NCBI GenBank assembly: GCA_045540115.1
Contig: JAZQGR010000096.1
Span: forward strand, 41,887-105,886
Source: Eubacteriales bacterium
Lineage (GTDB): Bacteria; Bacillota; Clostridia; Oscillospirales; CAG-272
Direction of reading: 5' to 3'
DNA length: 64,000 nucleotides
A program made the translations under genes and the position numbers. Below the pieces are notes generated by a model. That model ran no database searches, was not told the DNA's origin, and saw only the letters and a list, made by a program, of their open reading frames with translations. This document shows, one piece after another, positions 20,872 through 30,500 of this stretch (position 1 is its first letter; each line of letters opens with the position of its first letter).

Positions 20872-22146
20872 ATGATAAAGATATTAAAGCAGGACACCCT
20901 CAAGCGAGATGATGCATTCTCTTCATCTGCTCCCGTTAACGTAACAGAAATAGTTTCTGATATTATATCAGACGTAGCTTCCCGCGGTGACGATGCGCTT
21001 TTCGAATACTGTGAAAAATTTGATAAATGCAAGCTTTCGTCTCTTATTGTAACAAAAGAAGAGATAGAGAACGCCTTTGAGCAAGTCGAGCCTGAATTTA
21101 TCGAGATACTAAAAGAAGCTGCAGAGAATATTCGCGTATTCCATCAGAGACAGGTAAAAGAAGGCTTTATTCAGACAAACGAAAACGGTTCAGTTGTCGG
21201 TCAGAGAGTAATCCCGCTTGAAAAGGTAGGTCTATACGTCCCCGGAGGTACGGCGGCATATCCGTCGACTGTTCTTATGGATGCAATTCCCGCAAAGGTT
21301 GCAGGCTGTAAGGAAATAGTAATCGTTACTCCTCCCGATAAAGAGGGAAATGTGAATCCTGCGATTCTTGCGGCAGCATATATTGCGGGCGTTGATAAGA
21401 TATTCAAGGTTGGCGGCGCTCAGGCTGTTGCCGCGCTTGCATACGGAACCGAGTCGATTCCGCGCGTAGATAAGATTGCAGGCCCCGGTAATATGTACGT
21501 TGCCGAAGCAAAGCGGCAGGTTTACGGTCGTGTTGATATCGATATGATCGCAGGACCTTCTGAAATACTTATTGTTGCCGATGGAAAAAGCGAAGCGAGA
21601 ATAATTGCTGCCGACCTTCTTTCTCAGGCAGAACACGATAAAAATGCATCTGCTGTTCTTGTTACAGATAGCGAAGAGCTTGCAAAAGAGGTTTCAAACG
21701 AGCTTGAGAGGCAGATCGCGCTCCTTCCTCGTCAAGAAATTGCAAGAGCATCTATCGACAATAACGGGCTTATAATCGTGACCTCAAGCATTGACGTTGC
21801 AATTGAAATCGCAGACGAGATTGCTCCCGAACATCTTGAGCTTTCCCTCGATGAGCCCTTTTCCTATCTTGGAAAGGTCAAGAACGCCGGATCTGTATTC
21901 CTCGGCAGATATTGTCCGGAGGCGCTTGGCGACTATTTTGCAGGACCTAATCATACGCTCCCGACAAGCGGAACCGCTCGCTTTTCAAGCCCCCTTTCGG
22001 TTGACGATTTCGTGAAGAAATCACAGTATATTTACTACACTGAGGATGCACTTAACGCTGTATACAAAAAGGTTGCGGCATTCGCGGAAAAGGAAGGACT
22101 TTCCGCACATGCGCGCAGCGCAAGAGCAAGATTTGAAAAATTCTGA
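20872..22146 (+). CDS. hisD: histidinol dehydrogenase
   Basis: 424 aa with blocks GGAQAVAALAYGT, IAGPGNMYV, DMIAGPSE, SQAEHD. Confidence 0.95.
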   Translation: MIKILKQDTLKRDDAFSSSAPVNVTEIVSDIISDVASRGDDALFEYCEKFDKCKLSSLIVTKEEIENAFEQVEPEFIEILKEAAENIRVFHQRQVKEGFIQTNENGSVVGQRVIPLEKVGLYVPGGTAAYPSTVLMDAIPAKVAGCKEIVIVTPPDKEGNVNPAILAAAYIAGVDKIFKVGGAQAVAALAYGTESIPRVDKIAGPGNMYVAEAKRQVYGRVDIDMIAGPSEILIVADGKSEARIIAADLLSQAEHDKNASAVLVTDSEELAKEVSNELERQIALLPRQEIARASIDNNGLIIVTSSIDVAIEIADEIAPEHLELSLDEPFSYLGKVKNAGSVFLGRYCPEALGDYFAGPNHTLPTSGTARFSSPLSVDDFVKKSQYIYYTEDALNAVYKKVAAFAEKEGLSAHARSARARFEKF

Positions 22147-22158
22147 AAGAGAAACATA

Positions 22159-23223
22159 ATGAGCCGTTTTTTGGATGAAAAATACGCTTCTCTTGAAGCG
22201 TATGTTCCCGGCGAACAGCCGCAGGACAGAAAATACATAAAGCTTAATACGAACGAGTCACCTTATCCGCCGTCACCTGAGGTTATTGATTCGGTTAATG
22301 ACTGTGAAATTGCAGATCTTCGCCTGTATTCCGACCCGGAGTGCCGCATTCTTCGAAAAAAGCTTGCCGAGCGATACGGCGTAGGCTACGATAACGTATA
22401 TCTATCAAACGGTTCGGATGATATTCTTAATTTTGCGTTTATGGCATATTGCTCGGAGGGTAAAAAGGTTGCATTTGCCGATATTACCTACGGGTTCTAT
22501 AAGGTGTTCGCTGATCTTTATCACTCTGACGCCAATATAATTCCTCTTAAACGTGATTTTTCGATAAATGTTGACGACTACTGCGGTATCAACTCTACAA
22601 TTGTTATAGCTAATCCTAACGCTCCTACGGGGCTTACTCTATCCATATCCGATATTGAAAGGATCCTTAAAACCAATCCGAATAACGTTGTAGTAATTGA
22701 TGAGGCATACGTAGACTTCGGAGCAGAAAGCTGCTTGCCCCTGCTCGAAAAGTATGATAATCTGCTTATTGTCAGAACCTTCTCTAAATCCCGAGCGCTC
22801 GCCGGTGCACGTCTTGGATTTGCTATTGCATCAAAGGAGATCATTGACGATCTCAACAGAATAAAATTTTCGACGAATCCTTATAATGTTAACCGCCTGA
22901 CATTGAAGGTCGGTGCGGCTGCAATTGATTCAGACGAATACTTTATGAATAACTGTAAACGTATAGCGGTAACTCGTGAAAAGACTACAAGTGAGCTTAA
23001 TGCTCTCGGATTTGAGGTTATTCCGAGTAAGGCGAATTTCATATTCGCGAAGGCTCCCTATATGAGCGGATCAGAGCTTTATTCAACGCTCAAGCAAAAG
23101 GGTATACTTATTCGTCATTTCGGCAAGGATCGAATTTCCGATTATATCAGAATAACGATCGGCTCTGAAGCTGAAATGGAAGCATTTGTAACCGCTATAA
23201 AAGAAATATTGGCAGGAAAATAA
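22159..23223 (+). CDS. hisC: histidinol-phosphate aminotransferase
   Basis: Class-II aminotransferase with the PLP lysine context RTFSKSRALAGARLG. Confidence 0.93.
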   Translation: MSRFLDEKYASLEAYVPGEQPQDRKYIKLNTNESPYPPSPEVIDSVNDCEIADLRLYSDPECRILRKKLAERYGVGYDNVYLSNGSDDILNFAFMAYCSEGKKVAFADITYGFYKVFADLYHSDANIIPLKRDFSINVDDYCGINSTIVIANPNAPTGLTLSISDIERILKTNPNNVVVIDEAYVDFGAESCLPLLEKYDNLLIVRTFSKSRALAGARLGFAIASKEIIDDLNRIKFSTNPYNVNRLTLKVGAAAIDSDEYFMNNCKRIAVTREKTTSELNALGFEVIPSKANFIFAKAPYMSGSELYSTLKQKGILIRHFGKDRISDYIRITIGSEAEMEAFVTAIKEILAGK

Positions 23224-23224
23224 A

Positions 23225-23812
23225 ATGAGAAATTACGAAATTAAAAGAACTACAAAAGAAACCGATATATATCTGAAGCTTGAGCTTGACGGTAAAGGAA
23301 AGAGCGAAGTTGATACAGGTTGCGGATTCCTTGACCACATGCTTACGCTTTTCGCTTCACACGGCGGATTCAATCTGACCGTAAGTTGCAAGGGAGATAC
23401 GCAGGTAGACGATCATCACACCGTAGAGGATATCGGAATTTGTCTTGGAAAGGCGATCTCGGAGGCTCTTGGTGACTGCAGAGGAATTACACGCTACGGA
23501 TATTTTGTTCTTCCGATGGATGAGTCGCTTGTGCTTACCGCACTTGACCTCTCCGGCAGAAGCACGCTTGTTTTCGATTGCTATTTCCCAACTGAAAAGA
23601 TCGGAACCTTTGACACAGAGCTTATAAAGGAATTTTTTGCGGCACTTGTCAGAAATGCGAATATGACGCTTCACGTCAAGAAGATGGCAGGGGATAATTC
23701 TCATCACATAGCTGAAGCGGTCTTCAAGTCCTTTGCTCGCTCGCTTAAATGCTCTGTTAAGGTTGACGAATCCCGCAAGGACGAGATCCCCTCAACGAAA
23801 GGTACCTTATGA
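23225..23812 (+). CDS. hisB: imidazoleglycerol-phosphate dehydratase
   Basis: DxHHxxE motifs (DDHHTVEDIG; NSHHIAEAVFK). Confidence 0.95.
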   Translation: MRNYEIKRTTKETDIYLKLELDGKGKSEVDTGCGFLDHMLTLFASHGGFNLTVSCKGDTQVDDHHTVEDIGICLGKAISEALGDCRGITRYGYFVLPMDESLVLTALDLSGRSTLVFDCYFPTEKIGTFDTELIKEFFAALVRNANMTLHVKKMAGDNSHHIAEAVFKSFARSLKCSVKVDESRKDEIPSTKGTL

Positions 23813-24414
23813 TCGCAATTATTGACTACGGAGTAGGAAATCTTTTTTCGCTCCACGCCTCCTTTATGAAGATTGGCGCAGATACGGTTGTTACAAGCGA
23901 TCCGCAAGTAATTAGGAGCGCAGACAGGGTGATTCTTCCGGGTGTCGGAGCGTACGGAGAAGCTTCCGAAAAGATCAGGAACACGGGACTTGACAAGGTT
24001 GTTCGTGAGGTCGTTTCCGATGGGAAACCGCTTCTCGGGATATGTCTCGGCATGCAGCTTTTATTCGAATATGGGACAGAGTTTGGCAGACGCGACGGCC
24101 TTGGAATTTTAAACGGTTACGTAAAAACGATGCGGGACGAGATCGGACCTGCTATCAAGCTCCCGCAGATCGGCTGGAACGCTCTTGAGATAAAAAGGGA
24201 GAACAAGCTGTTTAAGTATATAAACAGCGGAGACCATGTATATTTCGTGCATTCCTTCCACGCTGTTGATTGCTGCGATTCGCTGATCGCAACTACCGAG
24301 TACGGAGCGGAAATAACTGCCGCCGTCGCGTATAATAACGTATTTGGCTGTCAGTTCCACCCCGAAAAGAGCGGTGAGGTCGGGCTCAAAATTCTCAAAG
24401 GATTTCTTGAATGA
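23809..24414 (+). CDS. hisH: imidazole glycerol phosphate synthase, glutamine amidotransferase subunit
   Basis: GATase triad context GICLGMQ ... FHPEKS. 4-nt overlap with hisB. Confidence 0.95.
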   Translation: MIAIIDYGVGNLFSLHASFMKIGADTVVTSDPQVIRSADRVILPGVGAYGEASEKIRNTGLDKVVREVVSDGKPLLGICLGMQLLFEYGTEFGRRDGLGILNGYVKTMRDEIGPAIKLPQIGWNALEIKRENKLFKYINSGDHVYFVHSFHAVDCCDSLIATTEYGAEITAAVAYNNVFGCQFHPEKSGEVGLKILKGFLE

Positions 24415-25127
24415 TGAAAATTTTTCCGGCAATAGACTTATATGACGGTAAGGTCGTTCGCCTGTATAAGGGCAGATACGACGAAATGACAATTTACTCT
24501 GATGATCCGCTTGAAATAGCGAAAAAATTTGAGGAAGCAGGCGCGGAGTATATACATATCGTTGACCTTGAAGGCGCAAAGGATGGGCTCGTTCACGCTT
24601 ATGATACTGTTAAGAGTATTATTGATAATACGTCGCTTAAGGTCGAGATCGGTGGCGGCATCAGAAGTGAGGATACCGTAAAGAAATACGTGGATCTCGG
24701 AGTTGACAAGGTAATTCTCGGAACGATTGCTGTTACAAATGAGGAATTCCTTTCTGAAATTGCATTCAGATATAAGAACAAAATTGCAGTTGGCGTTGAT
24801 ATAAAGGACGGCTACGTTGCTATAAAGGGCTGGACCGAAAAGTCGCAGATAACTGCCGATGAGATGTTCCAAATGCTGTCCGCACATGCCGTCCCTCGTG
24901 TTATTTGTACCGATATAAGTCGCGACGGCGCAATGAAGGGAACGAACAGGGATCTGTACAAACATCTCTCCGCTAATTACAAAATGAATATAGTTGCCTC
25001 GGGTGGCGTATCAACGCTTGATGATATAGCAGCCTTAAACGACATTGGTCTGTATGGTGCAATTATCGGTAAGGCATATTATACGGGAGCAATTGATCTG
25101 TCTGAGGCGATAAGGATTTCGAAATGA
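24411..25127 (+). CDS. hisA: ProFAR isomerase
   Basis: (beta/alpha)8 HisA with IFPAIDLYDGKVVRL and GGGIRS. 4-nt overlap. Confidence 0.95.
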   Translation: MMKIFPAIDLYDGKVVRLYKGRYDEMTIYSDDPLEIAKKFEEAGAEYIHIVDLEGAKDGLVHAYDTVKSIIDNTSLKVEIGGGIRSEDTVKKYVDLGVDKVILGTIAVTNEEFLSEIAFRYKNKIAVGVDIKDGYVAIKGWTEKSQITADEMFQMLSAHAVPRVICTDISRDGAMKGTNRDLYKHLSANYKMNIVASGGVSTLDDIAALNDIGLYGAIIGKAYYTGAIDLSEAIRISK

Positions 25128-25882
25128 TAACAAAAAGAATTATACCGTGCCTTGACGTTAAGAACGGGCGCGTTGTCAAGGGCGTAAAATTTGCAGGGGT
25201 GAAGGATGTTTCTTCTCCGGTAACGCTTGCCGAGTATTACAGTCAGGCGGGCGCGGATGAGCTGGTTTTTTATGATATAACAGCCTCGTCTGACGGACGT
25301 GCGCTATTTACGGATATACTTAAAGAAACTGCAAAAAACGTTTTTATTCCGTTTACTGTCGGTGGAGGGATAAATACTCTTGCCGACTTTGAAAGAGTCC
25401 TCTCCTGCGGAGCCGATAAGGTGAGCGTAAATTCGGGCGCTATCAAAAACCCGGATATTGTGTATGAGGGCGCCAAGAGATATGGAAGTCAATGCGTTGT
25501 TCTTTCCTGTGATATAAAGCGTGTGGGCAATGAATTTCGCGTGTTTGCCAAGGGCGGCAGGGAAGATACAGGGATGGAAGCTATGTCCTGGATAAAACGC
25601 TGTATCGATAACGGCGCAGGCGAGATCGTGGTAAATTCCATTGATACGGATGGCGTTAAGCGCGGTTTCGACATTGAGATGCTGAAGGCAGTCTGTGATT
25701 TTGCAACTGTTCCCGTTATTGCATCGGGAGGAGCGGGTTCTGCTGAGGACTTTGTTACACTCTTCAAGGAGATCCCCGATATCGATGCAGGACTTGCCGC
25801 ATCGATATTCCACTTCGGCGAGGTGAAGATCTCTGAGCTGAAGGAACTGCTTAAAAATAATGATATTAACGTGAGGATATGA
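25124..25882 (+). CDS. hisF: imidazole glycerol phosphate synthase, cyclase subunit
   Basis: [28 protein letters not shown] motifs. 4-nt overlap. Confidence 0.95.
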   Translation: MITKRIIPCLDVKNGRVVKGVKFAGVKDVSSPVTLAEYYSQAGADELVFYDITASSDGRALFTDILKETAKNVFIPFTVGGGINTLADFERVLSCGADKVSVNSGAIKNPDIVYEGAKRYGSQCVVLSCDIKRVGNEFRVFAKGGREDTGMEAMSWIKRCIDNGAGEIVVNSIDTDGVKRGFDIEMLKAVCDFATVPVIASGGAGSAEDFVTLFKEIPDIDAGLAASIFHFGEVKISELKELLKNNDINVRI

Positions 25883-26532
25883 CTATGGTTAAGATAGACG
25901 AACTTAAATTTGATGAAAAGGGACTAATTCCCGCTATCGTCGTTGACGAAGGATCGGGCAATGTTCTTACGCTTGCATACATGAACAAGGAAAGCCTTGA
26001 GATCTCTCTTGAAAAAAAGCTTACCTGCTTTTACAGCCGTAGCCGTCAAGAGCTTTGGCTGAAGGGAGAGACGAGCGGGAACTATCAGCACATCATTGAT
26101 ATAAAAGCAGACTGTGACAAGGACGCGCTCGTTGTAATCGTTCGTAAGGACGGTCCCGCTTGCCATCTCGGAAGCGATTCCTGCTTTACTGATTCGCTTA
26201 TAGATGATGCCTCCGATTCGTTCTCGCTTAATTCCCTTATGGAGCTTATCAAGGGTAGAAAGACAGAAAAGAAAGAGGGATCGTATACGACGTATCTCTT
26301 TGAAAAGGGAATTGACAAGATCCTCAAAAAGGTTGGCGAGGAATGTACCGAGGTGATTATTGCAGGTAAAGCCGACGATAAGAAGGAAACCATATATGAG
26401 ATAGCAGATCTCACCTATCACGTTATGGTTCTTATGATAGAAATGGGAATTTCCCTCGATGATATTCATAATGAGCTTGCATCCCGTCATGTTATAGACA
26501 AAAAAGTAAAACAGGAGAAGATGACAAACTGA
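25879..26532 (+). CDS. hisIE: bifunctional phosphoribosyl-AMP cyclohydrolase / phosphoribosyl-ATP pyrophosphatase
   Basis: N-terminal HisI (GLIPAIVVD...[16 protein letters not shown]...C..D..V..V...GPACH) fused to C-terminal HisE ([21 protein letters not shown]). Confidence 0.93.
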   Translation: MTMVKIDELKFDEKGLIPAIVVDEGSGNVLTLAYMNKESLEISLEKKLTCFYSRSRQELWLKGETSGNYQHIIDIKADCDKDALVVIVRKDGPACHLGSDSCFTDSLIDDASDSFSLNSLMELIKGRKTEKKEGSYTTYLFEKGIDKILKKVGEECTEVIIAGKADDKKETIYEIADLTYHVMVLMIEMGISLDDIHNELASRHVIDKKVKQEKMTN

Positions 26533-27338
26533 TGCTTTGCGATTATCACGTTCACTCTACCTATTGTGACGGAAAAAGTTCTCTGAGGGAAAACATTGAT
26601 GCGGCAATAAAACGCGGAATGGACGTTATCGGATTATCGGGACATTCTTATATTGAAGGCGCGAAATACTGTATGTCGCTTGAAGGAACAAACGATTACC
26701 TTAATGAGCTGTCATTGCTTAAGAGTGAATACTCTGACAGGATCACGGTTCTATGCGGTCTTGAGAAGGATTATTACAGCGACGACGATGAAGGTAAATT
26801 CGACTACGTTATCGGCTCTCTTCATTTCGTTACAGACGGCATTAATAAATATGACGTCGACCATACGCCCGAGATTACAAGAGGAATCATCAATAATGTA
26901 TACAGCGGCGACGAAATGAGCTATTGTGAAGCATACTTTTCGCTTCTCGGAGGGCTGTTTGACAGGGTAAATGCTGATATTATCGGACATTTTGATCTTA
27001 TCAATAAGTTTGCCGAATGCGGCATCGCATTTGACACGAAAAATCTGCGATACGTTAAAGCTTGCACCGACGCTCTTGACAGTCTGCTCATACGTAAGGT
27101 GCCGTTTGAAATCAATACGGGAGCAATGTCTCGCGGACGTAGAACTGCACCTTATCCTTCAAAAGAAGTACTGAAATACATTAAAGAAAAAGGCGGAAGC
27201 ATAATTTTAAATTCCGATAGTCATGACGCGAAAAATCTCTGTTATGCTTTTGATATGGCGAAAGAAATTGCTCTTGAATGCGGATTCAAATCCCGTGTTG
27301 TCTTGACTAAAGACGGAAAAGTCGATATAGATCTATGA
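26532..27338 (+). CDS. hisK: histidinol-phosphatase, PHP family
   Basis: PHP signature [26 protein letters not shown]. The start overlaps the hisIE stop by 1 nt (TGATG). Confidence 0.88.
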   Translation: MLCDYHVHSTYCDGKSSLRENIDAAIKRGMDVIGLSGHSYIEGAKYCMSLEGTNDYLNELSLLKSEYSDRITVLCGLEKDYYSDDDEGKFDYVIGSLHFVTDGINKYDVDHTPEITRGIINNVYSGDEMSYCEAYFSLLGGLFDRVNADIIGHFDLINKFAECGIAFDTKNLRYVKACTDALDSLLIRKVPFEINTGAMSRGRRTAPYPSKEVLKYIKEKGGSIILNSDSHDAKNLCYAFDMAKEIALECGFKSRVVLTKDGKVDIDL

Positions 27339-27370
27339 AAGCTCGGGAAACCGAGCTTTTGTTGTTTTTG
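27338..27370 (+). terminator. rho-independent terminator of the his operon
   Basis: AAAGCTCGG / CCGAGCTTT stem, GAAA loop, T-rich tail. Confidence 0.85.
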
Positions 27371-27502
27371 ACATATAACTTATCATAAATTTGTTGAAGT
27401 TGACGATTTGATTGATAAAGTAGTATATTAACATCTTTTCTCTTGACTTTTTTCGACATTATATAATACAATATATACGATCATTCTTATAGTGAGGTAA
27501 AC

Positions 27503-30500
27503 ATGTCAATACGCGAAATGAGTCATAGAGCTGTTAGCAGACTGTTGTCTTTTATACTTGTTATCAGTATGCTTGTCTGCTCGATGCCTTTATATATAAA
27601 TTCTATCTCAAGCGACGAGGAGTATTACCTTCCTTGGCTTTGGCCTGTTCCGGGAAGCTACGTTCTTACGGGACTTGATTATTATTATAGCGGTAATCCC
27701 CATGGGCAGGGTCAAGCAATTGATATCGGTAATAACGGATATTCCGAGAACATTCGTCTCGACGTTATATCCGCTACAAGCGGCGAGGTCCTCTATATAC
27801 AAAATTCATATAATGAGACTACAAATAAGGGCTCGGGCTGGGGTAACTACGTTATTGTCAGAAGCGGAAACGTCTGTATTATTTACGCGCATCTGCTAAA
27901 AGTTACCTGTAAATACGGTAAGATCAATGCGGGCGACGTAATAGGCAAAATGGGTAACACGGGTAATTCCACCGGTGTCCATCTTCACATGCAGGCTTAC
28001 CCTTATTCGCAGAACTCAACGAGCACGGATATACACGTATTTGACAACTACATACATAATCCGCTTTACGTTCCGTATTTCAGCTTCCGCGGCGGCGTTA
28101 TCAAGCACAGCAAACGCTATGGTGAGCACCTGAGCCAATATTATACAACAGTTTCAGGTCAGGATTACGTTTTCAGCGGGGGTTATTTCGGAAATTACGG
28201 TGAAAAAACACTCGGCGCTACTATCAAAAGCGTTAGAACCGACGGCGCTCGACTCTATGCTCAGCCGCTTAAGTCCGCACAGCAGAACGAGACCGTTGAA
28301 TTTGGCAAGGAAATTCCTGTATACGCCTATTATTATGATGCGTACGGTCAGCTTTGGTATCTTGTTTCCGAGCATTCGCTTGATAAATGGATACCTGAGA
28401 GTGACGTTGGTTTTTCCGAATACATCTTCGACGCTGAATATGAGGATAAGTCTTCTCCGAACGGCACATACGGCACATATAAAGATATCTATTATTCGGG
28501 AAATGTTTCTTCATCTAACGTTGTCAAGTCGATACGCGCTGAAATAAAAGGCGACAGTGGCATTGTTGCTACATACTCTGTCGATGTTAATGCGTATGAA
28601 TATGAGATAAACAACGTGTTCTACGATGGCTTTGGAATTACTGAGCTGAACGATGGTGAGTATACCTACGAGATCTTTGTTACAGAAAGAGCATACTTTC
28701 CGGGCGCTGATGCGGTAAGCAAGACGTATTCGGTATTTTCCTCGAGCTTTGTTATCGACAAATCAGCTTCAGATGGCATTCCTCCTCTTGTAGAGGAGAT
28801 ACGGATCGACACCATGACGGAGAGTGACATCCGTTTGTCTGTTACAGCGACCGATAACAAAAAGGTTCAGCGCCTTTGCTTTGTCTTTACAAACAGTAAC
28901 GGCTTTGAGATCAGCTTTGACGCTGTTCCGGAAGGTAATATTTATACAGCGGATATCCCGATATCGTCTCTTGACGGTGCAGGCGAATATACTGTAACTG
29001 CTAAAGCGTTTGATCCTTATACGAATACCGATGAATCGTCCATATCTCTGATAATTCCCGACGAGGAAGAGGGCGAGACATGGAAGGTTCAGGTAAACTC
29101 AACGCTTACTGTCCGAAGCGGTCCCGGAACCGGTTATTCAAAGGTTACAAGCCTTAAGAACAATGCTTTAATTACTGTTACAGAGGTTGAGTATAACTCG
29201 TCTGATAAACGAAATTGGGCTTATATAGGCACGGGCTGGGTTGCTCTTGATTACGCTATTTATCAGAGCGGGTATCTTTATAACGTAACCTTTAATCTCC
29301 TTGGCGGAAATGCTGATATATTTAAGCTTCAGAAGGCTTTCGGTCAGGATGCCGTAATTCCCGACGTTACTCCTGTAAAGGAGGGTTATACCTTCCTTGG
29401 TTGGTCGACTGATCCTTCGGCAACGAAGGCAGATTATATGCCGGGCGACGCTTATACGAAGAACGAATCTACGGTTCTTTTTGCCGTTTGGGAAGATAAA
29501 ACCGCACCTATAATAACGGATGTATCTGTTTTGGAAAAGGGATACGTAGGCGACAAGATAACTTTATCGGTTATTGCTTCCGACAATACGGGAACTGTAT
29601 ACTATTCCTTTGACGGAGGTGTCAGCTTCCGCAGAGATAATTCTTATGTGATTTACGAGAATACTGTGATACCGTCAGGGACTATAATTGTCAAGGACCC
29701 TTCGGGTAATCAGACAGTATATGATTCGGAAATTGTAATTTCAAATATTGATAAAGTTCCTCCGTCAATAGATGTAGAAACACTTTACGTTTCTGTTGAT
29801 GGCGATGAGGCAACTTTTAGCTTTGGTGAAGCGATAGATCATGAAAGCGGTCTTGACAAGTATACTCTCGTTTACTCAGTAAACCTCGATTTTTCCGGTT
29901 CTGTCAGCGAGGAGATTGAGTCCGGTCATACTGTTACGCTCGGAGATGGCGTATATTATGCCAAGTTAATAATTACCGATAAGACGGGAAACAAGACGGA
30001 AGTTCAGTTTGACAGATTTGTTGTTGGTGAACGTGAGAAGCTTTCAACTCCCGAAAATCTGACACACAGAACAGCTTCAAACGGATCAGTTATCTTTGAA
30101 TGGAAGCTTGTAAATAATGCAGATTATTATGTTCTTACTGTTTCCGAGAACTCTGATTTTGCCGATTCTGTTTCCTATGAGTCGACTGACAACACGGTTT
30201 CAATTGATTCTGTTCAGTACGGTAAGGTCTATTACGCAAAACTTGTTGCTATGACCTATGACGGAATATATCTTACTTCAGATCCGAGTGAAACCGTAAG
30301 ATTTGAAACGGTAAGCTCCGATAATGCTATCTATTCGTTTGTCTCCCTTGATGCGGTGATTAACGGAAAAAATGCATGGGTTAAACTCCCGTATTCTGCA
30401 AATACTGTAGATCTTTCCTGCAACGTCCATGCTAATGCGGGCGTAAGGTATTATTTAAACGAATCGCTCGATAATGAGATTGCAACGCCTAACTCTTTTT

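Noticed and set aside
27371-27470. Cluster of TTGA-containing repeats (TTGTTGAAGTTGACGATTTGATTGATAAAG) upstream of the giant M23/dockerin gene.
   Set aside because: The repeats are short, degenerate and in AT-rich promoter DNA. They could be overlapping -35-like hexamers. I saw no clear periodic or palindromic structure that I can defend.
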